A stretch of DNA of 64,000 nucleotides. Origin: Harriotta raleighana. Its lineage: Eukaryota. Of this stretch, positions 37,926-49,700 are shown piece after piece; position 1 is the stretch's first letter, and each line of letters opens with the position of its first letter. The notes beneath the pieces are model-generated. The model did not search any database. It was not told where the DNA came from and worked only from the letters and a program-made list of their open reading frames with translations. Position numbers and translations under genes: made by a program. The stretch is taken from the NCBI GenBank assembly GCA_050575255.1, contig JBNZDD010013622.1, forward strand, positions 2,510,185 to 2,574,184, in the 5' to 3' direction.

Positions 37926-38211
37926 TTCTAATCTTTTCCTTACTTGGATTAGATGTCTCCGCCTTGCACTATGAACCTCTCCCTACTCCACGTTGTTTTT
38001 ACCACTTCAGGGCATGAGAGATCTATAGTAACTACAGTACAGTACTTCAAAAGCACTTCCACCTCAGCCCACCCTGTGCGCGGTAAACTGAGATTAATGT
38101 GAGATTAATTTGCTGTAAACTGAGATGAATGTGGCATCCCAAATAAATGATCTGAAATGGTCACTGAAGGTGTTGGTGTAAAACTGGCTTTGAACAGAAA
38201 TGTCTCAGGTT

Positions 38212-38231
38212 AGAGCCACCTGGTGGTTGCA
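38212..38231 (-). promoter_or_regulatory. Candidate CTCF site
   Basis: Minus strand gcaaCCACCAGGTGGCtct matches the core CCASYAGRKGGC. Confidence 0.55.
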
Positions 38232-38269
38232 GCAGTACTACAACATCTAAAATACAGTAATAATATAAT

Positions 38270-38583
38270 AATAATCATAATCCTTGCATTTGATCTAGCA
38301 CCTTTCACGTCTTATCGACATTTCAAAGCGCTTCATAGAATATACTTTAAAGTGAATTGACAGCATATTTGTGGGCAAAACGCGGCAGCCAATTGCACAC
38401 AGCAGTGTCCCACAAACATTCGTGGATTGAAATGACCAATTTTTATTATCGTGCTTTGTTTTGGAGAGATTATTATTATTAGGCGTGTGCAATAAGGAAA
38501 CGTGCTCAAGGTTTCACCCTGATCTGCCTGTATTCGAGCACAGGTCTCATGATTGTAAGGCGAGTGCTCTAAAGCTCCAGGAG
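38270..38583 (-). mobile_element. Full-length SINE
   Basis: Reverse complement of the consensus. Confidence 0.9.
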
Positions 38584-39054
38584 CTTCACAATATATAATA
38601 AAATAACAGTAAACGCCTGATAGCTCAACGCTGCATTAACCTGTGTCGACCACTGGCCGCATTTATTTGTGTATATATATATATATATATGTGTCTAACT
38701 CACCACTCGCTGATAACTATTCACTGATGCCCTTTCCCTCTGAGTGACCAGTTATCAGGAGTTTACTGTGGCTGATTTTAACTGATTCAAAATCTTTTAT
38801 CAGGTGAGGTGAGTACTGTTTCCTTGCAGTAAATGCTATGTTTCAATGGGTAGTTGCATCTGGTAATGCAGTATTCTCCACCAGTCTCGAAACTCCGCCG
38901 CACTGTATCCATTCTCCTTCATTTACCCTCTGAGTTGTCACCAACATCCACACCGAACTGCAATATAGCATTTGGGATAATCTCACGTCAACGCACTTGA
39001 TTCATCATACTTTATTAATCGCTTGTTAATTGTCTCTTCACTTGCTTTGTCTGT

Positions 39055-39370
39055 GGGCCACAAGGTTTTGAGTTCAAGCACAAAGTGCAGCCAACATTCT
39101 TGTGGTGGTGAGGGAGCACCATATTGTACTTCAGATTGAAATGTTGAACTGAAGCTCACGCCTGCATGTTTTTCAGGTCAATGTTTAAGATCTCACAAGG
39201 TACTACATGGAACTGTTTCTCTCAATGTCCTGACCAGCAATCCTCCAGATCCATTTAACATTCACCTTATGGTTGCTTGCGGACGTTACTGTCTACACAA
39301 AATGGCTACAAAACAAGTCACCACAATAATTGATCGCAAGCGCTCTCAGGCAGTGCTATACATGAGGTAT
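39055..39370 (+). mobile_element. Old Deu-domain SINE
   Basis: gttcaagc..gagggagcac..ttcagattgaaatgttgaac..tcaggtcaatgtttaagatc. Confidence 0.55.
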
Positions 39371-40689
39371 TATAAATTTTTTTGGTTAAACTTGTTAAGT
39401 ATGAATCTTTCAGTTCATCATTCTCACATTTGTATTGATTTTTCCTATAATATAAAAGGCCATATTGGAGCCATCTTTCCCCATGGGTTTAGGAAATTAT
39501 CAAACTGTTGCAGATAGTTTTCTTCAGCGTTGATTAAAAAAAAACTTCTATTATTATAGTGCCTTGTCTTATGTCAAAATATCTCAAAGCGTATTCCAGT
39601 AATTAATATCAAGCGTAGTGACTATTTCTTTTGTAGATTATGTCACCAAATAACCGCAAGTGAGTGATCAAAATATTTGGACGATTGTTGACTAGAACAC
39701 CAGGAGTAACATTCCAACAGCATCTGATATGAGCAGTAAATTTTCTCCGTGACTCTAGACATTGGAAAAGGAAAGGTCAATATTCCTCCATCTGGGAAAT
39801 TTCCGACTGCCGTGAATTTCCACCAACTTTCATGAAGAAATGAGTCATTTCTGCCATTGCAATATTTTCACTCTGTGGCTTTTAAGAGTTAAATAGATTA
39901 TGTTTCTGGTAAACAAAACAATGAGCTAATATGCATCTTCCTGTAAAATCTCTGTGGAATTACAGCAATAGGGTTGCTGCTCACATCACACCAGTCAGCT
40001 AAAAGCTTTCATTGCTGCCTTTCTTTGTGAGATGCAATGACTCTGCCACAGGGTACCTAATGGATGATAAAAGCTTTTTTTATACGCCATTATTTCACCA
40101 TAAATAGACAATGACTTTAGCAGAAGCAGAACCCACATACAAATCATTTTGCTGGTCTCTGTATTTCTTGGAGACATTGCTGAGATTTTGTGCCAACTGT
40201 GAGTGATACTGAGCTGCCAGCGTTCTGGGTACAAGGCTCTATTGAGAGCAGTTCTCCCAACTACTTGTCCACTTTATCACAAGTCTGTTCTTAGTCGGGA
40301 CTGACAGAAGGGAATCAAGTAAGTGAAGCTAATAATAATCCTTACATTTGAGATGTCATTTAAACATCTCAAAGCACTTCGCAGAATATATAATGTAAAA
40401 TGCATTGACTGTGTTTTGTAGGTGAAACATATCAGCCAATTAGATTAGGGTGGAAATTCTGGCAACCATTTGGACCAGCATGGGATGGAGAGAATCACAA
40501 TTATATTATAACATAACAACTACAACAACTTGCATCTATATAGTGCCCTCCACATAGGGTAGCATCTCAGAGAGCTTCACAGAGGCGGATCTGGACTCCA
40601 AACACAGCCCCTTGCCCCATCAAACCATCTCAATGTGCCCTGCATACTCTGAAGTGGAAGAGGACACAGCAGGTAGTAACGTACAGCAC

Positions 40690-40720
<31 letters not shown>

Positions 40721-41138
40721 CCTTGCATTTGATGAAGCATCTTTCACATCAGCTTTAAATCCATATTTAAAATCTTGACATGGTGAGTATGCTACCAACT
40801 GAGCAGGTTGACACATAGATGAGAACATGGAATAAAACAGTTGAAAAATATAATCCTTGTTTAAAAAGGTATGTAGATCTAATTACTGGGTGTCAGGTCG
40901 GTGTAGTCAGGCGCCGGGTCACAAATTTCTTGAGTTCTTGACCAGGCCGATACTCCAATCCAGGATTGGTATCAGGGAATTGGCTGCATGGTCAGAGATG
41001 CTATCATTTGGATGAGATGCTGCAATGTGATTTGGCGTTATGAAAATGCAAGTGTGTTCTACTATTGGCCTTTTTAAAATATATGGCATCGCCGCGCTGA
41101 GCTGTTTCTTTTACACAAGAATAAAAAGTGTTAAATCC

Positions 41139-41157
41139 CATCACTAGGGGGCACTCA
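41139..41157 (+). promoter_or_regulatory. Candidate CTCF site
   Basis: caTCACTAGGGGGCACtc, one mismatch to CCACTAGGGGGCAC. Confidence 0.5.
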
Positions 41158-42809
41158 AATGTCATTTTTCCATTCTGAATTGAAACAGAAAATAATCTTT
41201 TGCCTCAATGGGCCACCAAGTTGTATATTAAAAAAACAAATGAATACTTTATTGAGTACGCTTTGAACTTATTTATTAATTACATCCTTTGTAAAGAAAT
41301 ACTATTGGCTGGTTTACCTAAAACTGCCTTAAAACCGAGATCTCTTGCACTGCTGCTCAGACATATATCTTGTAGCACACACAGTCGGCCATTATTTTGT
41401 GGCTGTTGAAGTATTTATTTTCAGGTTTCATTTCTTCACCTACAAAATATAGTCACATGCCTGTACAGTACTAATATCATACTGACTGTGAACCATTTCT
41501 GTAGTGTCTCAATGATGTGATATTCTGCTGTATCAAATATTAAATGTATGGATTATTATTATTTGTTTCTCATTACTATTTAATAATAATCCTCAAATTT
41601 GATATAGTGATATAGTGCCTTATTACAATGTTAAGATGTTTCAAAGCACTTCACAAGGTTTTACTTTCAAGTGTGGTGGTTGCGTATTTGTCTGCCAATT
41701 TGCAACCAGCAATTTCCCACAAATATAACATGATGCCAAGCTGTGGAGGGGAGGAGGTGACTATTAACACAGTCGAACAGGAAGGTCTTCAGTTATGATC
41801 TAAAAGAGAAGAAGAAGGCAAGACAGTACGATTGGAGGAAGAGAGTTCCAAAGCTTCGTGTAGACAGGATCTCGGTTTAACATCTCATTTGAAGGACTTC
41901 CCCTCCAACAACACAGCGCTCACCCAGCATGGCATTGCAGCGTCAGCCATTGACTAGGTGAGTTAAAATAACAACAAAATTACATTTGTAGAGCTCGAAA
42001 GCACCAATTAGAGCAATGAACCTTCTAACTCAAGGAGTGCTATTGAGCGAACCTGGTACCCCTCACTATAAATTCCTCTGAGTGTTGGTAGAATGAGAGT
42101 TGGACACCTGCTATTGGCTGTGCTATGTGCTGCCTCCCAGTGTGTGTCTGCCCCGCCCTACCCTGGTTCTTCTCAGTGTTTACAAACGCTCCCCTCTTGG
42201 GTTAAAGGTTAGACATGCTGCAGACATGATAGACACAGCCCAGCACACACACTGGGGAGAGTACGTGGGGTGGAGAGAGCAATCTCCCAGCAACGCTCTC
42301 TGGGTCTAATCCACAAATACCAATGATACAGCTCCTGCACAGGAAGCAGGTTGAGGAGACTTCCTGATTTTATTTTAGGTGTAAATTCCTCTCTTTCCTC
42401 CCCAATTTAACTATGCAGTCATTTTTTTTCCTACTTTCCTTCCCCTGACCCCTCCCCCACTGCTCTGATCCCTACTTGACTGTACAGCGCCTTGGGATGT
42501 CCTCCCAACATGAAAGGTGCTATATAAATTTTGATTGATTGATTGATGTGCTCCATCTGCACATCCTGGAGGTGTTTCACAGCCCCTTATGCGGTGGATG
42601 GGCCTTTTTGCAACTTGACCTCTGCAAGTCCAGGGATGGTGCACTCCTGATTGCAATTGACATTTTTAAAAAACTTTTTTCCCAAATTTCATTTGATAGT
42701 GCAATGAGAAGATACAAATAAACAGATTTCAATGTGCTAAGATGCTATCCCGTGTGCAGGGTACTTATATAAGTGCAAGTTGCCTCACTTCACCCTATCG
42801 CTGCAATCT

Positions 42810-43190
42810 CCTTATCCCCACCAACCTGCCTGCCACCTCCGCTCAGCAGGCTCCAGCCTGCTCCATGTCTCCCAATCTACTCACCCCACCATTGGCGGGT
42901 GAGCCTTCAGCCACTCTACCCCAACCTCTGGAACTCTATCCTGCAGTCCCTCTGTCTCACCACCTCCCTAGCCTCCTTCAAGACCCACCTCAAGACCTTC
43001 CTCCTTGACGGTCCCACGGTTCACCTCAAATCCCCCCTTTAGCTCCATCCTCCCTGTCCCCAACCTCAACTCAGATCTGAAACAGCACCTTGGGACTGTC
43101 CAGCACCTTGGGACTGACAATGACTGTCCAGCACCTTGGGATGTCCTCCTGATGTGAAAGGCACCATACAAGTGTAATTTTGTTGTTGTT
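42810..43190 (+). mobile_element. L2 3' fragment
   Basis: caccattggcgggtgagccttcagccactct..ctctggaactc, followed by the family tail. Confidence 0.85.
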
Positions 43191-43454
43191 GCCATTGTAT
43201 TATTTGAGGTGTTTCGCCTTTTTGTTGACATTTTGCGTTTTTCGAAACTTCAGGAAACAAAACAAAAAACATAAAAACACATCATTATGCCTTTTAGTGT
43301 CTTATCACTTCTTTGAGACTTCTCAAAGCGCTTCAGAGAGCATTGTAAATATTTCAGGAACAAATGAGATCAGAGTATTCTCTGCTAGAAAACAATATCT
43401 ATAGATACAGTATATAGTTTGGGACATGACATGCCAACCCATTGCCCAGGATGG

Positions 43455-43635
43455 TGAGAGGTGATGGTGACCCTTTAGGGTTAGGGTGGTGACCTGTTAG
43501 GGTTATGACTTCATTAGGGTTAGGCTGATGACCCATTAAGGTGGAGACCTGTTAGGGCGGTAACCCTTTAGGGTTAGGTGGGGATGCATAAGGTCTAGGA
43601 TGGGGACCCATAAGGTTAGGGTGATAACCCATTAC
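43455..43635 (+). repeat. Degenerate telomere-like minisatellite
   Basis: Seven exact TTAGGG hexamers within about 20-bp gtgacc(n)ttagggttagg units. Confidence 0.8.
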
Positions 43636-43679
43636 GACCTCAATCTCTCATTAGCAAATTCTTATGTTATTATTGGGTG

Positions 43680-44571
<892 letters not shown>

Positions 44572-44639
44572 TAAGCTTCTAACCCCGGCTAGCAATGTCA
44601 CATTGACTGGCCTCTAGCTAGCCCCGTTATACAGACACG

Positions 44640-45200
44640 TCTATATCTCTACAGAATTATAGCTACATCTTTATATCTATATATCTACATCAGTGTATAT
44701 ATAGAATAATGTATCTACATCAGTATACATATATATATCTATATATACCTACATCCGTATATCTATATATCTACACATCAGTACATATGTCTACATCAGT
44801 ATATATGTCTGCATCAGTATTTATATCTACATCACTAGATCTACATCTTTACATCAGTGTATCTATATATCTTCACCAGTACAGTATACCTATATCCCTA
44901 TATCTTTTTAACCACATCTTACATCAGTGTACTTATATTGCTACCTTTATATCTACTGTATATCTATTAGTAACAATATATTTATGAAATCTATTATTAT
45001 TTTATCTATATCACTGTATCTATATCTCCAAATCAGTATACATCTATATGATTATATCAATATATCTATATGTGTATTATATCTATTATAGTATCTATGA
45101 TTATATGTATATATATTTCTATAACCTCTACATTAGTATCTTCATATCCCTATATTATTATATCTATATCTACATTATTATAATCTATATCTATATTACA
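44640..45200. repeat. TA-rich minisatellite (atatctacatcagt-like unit)
   Basis: Direct inspection. Confidence 0.8.
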
Positions 45201-46107
45201 AGCGTTCGGCAGCGTAACTATGCACGAAAGGTGCTAAATGCAAGTTGGTTATAACCATATATGCATATCCACAAATCTGTGTATATATATAATGTTTCTA
45301 TCTATACTGCTTTTATTATATCCTTGCTATAATTACATGCATCCATATGTTACAATCACCTTTACTCTTAATTGTTTACCACCTTTACAGTTGTGTGTAT
45401 TTATTATATTTCCACATAACATGTAATTCTTAATGCACTTCCATATTATTGCATGTATTCATTTTCATAATTGAACTTCATTTTATGATTACATCTTCTA
45501 TTTCTGAAGGATTATTACCTTTAAGGAGCTTTGTTTTGTTGTAGAGTCTGTAATTAAAATAGTATTATTACGCACGTATCCATGTTATAAGTTAGATTTG
45601 ATATCATAATTCTCTCGAAACTTATGCTATTTGCTTATCGTGCTTTTTTGATAGGCATTCAATTTCTCGATTTATTTTCATTGCTGGTGTTTTCATTATT
45701 ATTTTGTTGGAATGTCTTTCTCAGTAGCAGCACATGTGTACTTCCTGTCACCCTACACGTGGATCTGTGTGAGTGGCGTGGTTGGTGCAGTTATATTTTG
45801 AACAGTAATGGGGATTTTAGGTTGTTGTGATTGCGGGTTTGTTAGTTTGGAGTTAAGCTGTTTTGACCTTGTCGGGGTTAGTGAGCTCTGCTGTCAGTGC
45901 AGTAAATGAAAGTAACAGTTGGCAAAGGGATGGGTGTATTCAGGGTGGGGACGTTTTATAGTCTTCGCTCTCTTTTTGCTCTACTCCATCCACCACATAA
46001 TTATTTTGAACATCTGTAGAATAAATGCTGCAAGTAATTTTTCTTACTGCCTATTTGTATCTTTTTGTTGTTTTTCTTAAGCCCCAATCTGCTCAACAAC
46101 CGCAAGT

Positions 46108-46392
46108 AGAGCAAGTTTCTTTACTGCACACGCCTGATAATAATCCTTCAAGAAGAAAAACAATAATAAATTGGTCACTTCAATCCGCAACTGTTTTTGG
46201 GACACTGCTGTGCACAATTGACTGCCATGTTTTGCCCACATATATACAGTCAATTCACTGGTATATTCAGTCGGTATATTCTGTGAAGAGCTTTGAGATA
46301 TCTCCTAACGTGGAAGGCGTTATACAAGTACAATTTTGTTGTTGTTTTGAAGATGTGATGAGCACTATATCAAATGCAAGGATTATTATTTT
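46108..46392 (+). mobile_element. SINE with an L2 tail inserted in its 3' end
   Basis: Family body; cgtggaaggcgttatacaagtacaattttgttgttg insert. Confidence 0.8.
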
Positions 46393-47702
46393 TAATTATA
46401 ATGTATCAATATTATATTCAAAGCTGTGGGACGGTTTGACATTGAAAGTTATTGTAGGCTATTGAAAGACTTTTGTAGGTGAAAGGCTTTCGTGCATTGT
46501 AGTTGACAATGGTTCATTTACTGTAAATTTTTATTTAAAACTTGTGGCTTACTCATTCATTTGACCAGGACAACCATTTTGAAGTTTTGTAAAGGGCTTG
46601 TATTTGTAATAGAATTGCTGAAATTTTAGATAACATAATGAGTTGGCTGTGTATAATTATTAAGTCATTTATTTTTCTCCAAAAAGGCATAATTCAAATG
46701 ATTTAATAGAAAATGTGTGTTTCCAAAAGGCATCAATTGAAAACCAATTTTAATAGAGATACAATTTAAAACCTTAGTATTGCTTTTTGTTCCTGGTGGT
46801 ACCGTTTTGCCTATGGTATTATATGTATACTGCTCCACCTATAATATGTCTTATTTACTTAAACCAGTTTTATTTAGGAGTGAACTGAGTATGGCTGTTT
46901 GACTGGTGAGTGAATCAAGTCATCTCATGGGCGCTAAATTTAGGCATCAGGCCTATTTCATTTGAGGAATTGCTCATGTGATTATGAACTCTCAAAATGG
47001 GTTTCACTCTTATATAACTCCAGTATATAATAATACAAGCAGAATGAATCCAGATCATGTTGATGTTGCTTAGCAGTGAGATTGACGTCTAAACTGCCTG
47101 GTGTCAGCCTGCTCATATCTATATGTAGCCTTTACCCATATATGTTCAACATTGTCCACTGAAAGTGTAAAATGTGTCGTGTGCAAAAGTGTCCTGCAGC
47201 ATTTCCACCCTGAAACATAAAATATAATTATATTAATACATAAAGAAATGTCCTTTTCAATTTGAGAACTGAATAACTTATTAAACAAAGGTAACTATTT
47301 GATCTGCTCTATTTAAAAGAACTGTATTTTTGAAAAGCTCTTTTTAAAGAACATTTGTTTTATTACGGTTGAGAAATGAAATTCCCAGGTAGAAGGATAT
47401 GTGCAATGCTGAATTTACATCATATGTCGCTGTACCACGTACTGTCTGGGTAACAGGATCAGAAACGAGCAGCAACAATCTGTTCAGTCCTCCCACATGC
47501 AAAATGGTTCCAGAAGAGGGAATGACGGTACTGTGTGTCTTTTTTTAAAATCTGAAATTGCACCCATTAGAATTGTAGAATTGTAGGATGGTGATTTTTC
47601 CATCATTCCGTGGTGATTTTTCCAGCGCTTTGGGACGTCCTCCCGACTTGAAAGACACTATACAAGTGTAATTTTGTTGTTTTTGTTGTATTTGTAATGT
47701 AC

Positions 47703-48150
47703 TATAATAATTCTAGTATTTGATATAGTGCTTTTCAAGTCTTCTAGACATCTCAAAGTACTTTATATACTGTAAAGTGAATTGACTGTATATTTTGTGG
47801 GCGAAATGAGGTAGCCAATTGTGTACAGCAGTGTCCCACAAACAGTCGTGGATTGAGATAACCAGTTTTTAATTTTTTTTTGATGGATTATTATCAGGTG
47901 CATGTAGTAAGGAAGCTTACCCAAGATTTCACCCATCCTGGATTCAAACCCAGGTCTTTCGCTTGCAAGACAACAACAACAACAACAACAAAATTACATT
48001 TATAGAGCGCGTTTCACGTCAGGAGGACGTCCCAAGGCGCTGGACAGATGATTTAAGACCCGAGCAGGGGGAAATGTTCNTGGGAGGTTCTCCCGATGTA
48101 AAAGGCGTTATACAAATGTAGTTTTGTTGTTATTTAACCACTGAGCTGCA
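47703..48150 (-). mobile_element. SINE interrupted by L2 tails and an N
   Basis: Head resumes at taaccactgagctgca (about 48136). Confidence 0.8.
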
Positions 48151-49179
48151 AGGCTCCACAATATAAGCTATATAGTGCAATGCTGTTTTGATAAACAAGG
48201 TTTCAGTGAATCATAAGGGTTCTGTCTAACTGGAGGGTTTCACATCCGAGCATCTCTTTTGCGTAGCATTTATAATAATAATCCTTGCAAGTAATATAGT
48301 GCTTTATTGTGCCTTTGAGATTCACAAAGCGATTCGCAGAATATACTGTAAAATGAATTGACTGTGTATTTTGTGCCCCACCCTTCCATTTCTCACCCTT
48401 CTGCTCTATGATCATCATCATATGTGCAATTGGCTGTCACATTTCACCCACAAAATAAAATTGTTTTCCATGCAATGATCTGTTGTAATTGGCAGAGGAA
48501 GTTGGGTCATTGTTGATACATAGCACTAGGGTGTTGTGTTCATTTAAGATCTTTGTGAATGTTATTGCCTCTTCCTGTCCCAAGATTTCTAGACATTCCC
48601 ACAAATGCACAGATATCACGGATTCTGTGCAAGATATACTATATTTGATGAGTGCGCAATATTAATTGTTCTGTTGAGCACTGCAACTGGATAACACTTG
48701 GGGCTAATACCATCACATCAAATGCAGACTAGTCTATGCAATATACAACTGCGGTGGTGGGAGTTTAGTTGGTCAACAAAGTTGATACATAATGAGCAAT
48801 GGTGAAAGATGCAATTAACTTGTGGATGAGTGAAGATCATTCTGGTGAGTCATTGCACTCACTTTGAACTTTATTCATTCAAAGTTTGATGGTTTTCCTC
48901 AAAATATTAGTCCTAACTTTAACTGTTAACTACTAAACAGGTCCATGCTTTATTGCTGCTCATGTGTAAATCACCGCCCAGTCTCTACAGATTAAACTTA
49001 ACCTTGAAGATTCCATTACTTAATGCCACAAGCATGTTTGAACAGGAAATGGCCATTTAGTCATCCACGTTCTTTCTTAGGACCATTTTTAAGTTTTAAA
49101 AAGTAGTTTAATAAGAAGCTTATTGTAGTACTGAATAATACATTTATCTGATTGGATTTTATGTTCTTGTCGATCTTCC

Positions 49180-49700
49180 CAATTCCTCCCTCCACAGGTT
49201 GCAGATAATCCAGAACTCTGCGGCCCATGTCCTCTACCACTCCCCATCTCCCCCATCCTCGCCCAACTCCATTAGCTCCCCATCACCCAGAGGATCCATT
49301 TCAAGATTCTGGTCCTCACATTGAAAGCCCTCCACAGCCTCGCCCCACCCAACATCTGTGACCTCCTAACCCCTATAAACCAGCCGTGCCCCTCCGGTCA
49401 CCAGGGTCCGGCCTGCTCCACATCCCCTGACCTACCCATCTCACCATTGGCACTCAAGCCTTCAGCCACTCTGCCCCCAACCTCTGCAACTCCATCCTGC
49501 AGTCCCTCTGCCTCGGCACCTTCCTGGCTTCCTTGAAGTCCTGTTTCAAGACCCTCTGGTCCCATAGGTCACCCCAAATCACCCCTTTCCCTCCACCCTC
49601 TCTGTTCCCGACCCCAGCTCACGTCTGAAACAATGACTGTCCCAACACCTTGGGACATCCTCCTGATGTGAAAGGTGCTATACAAGTAATTTTGTTATTG
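49180..49700 (+). mobile_element. L2 3' fragment
   Basis: LQIIQNSAAHVL..L.PITQRIHFKILVLTLKALHSLAP plus tail. Confidence 0.9.
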
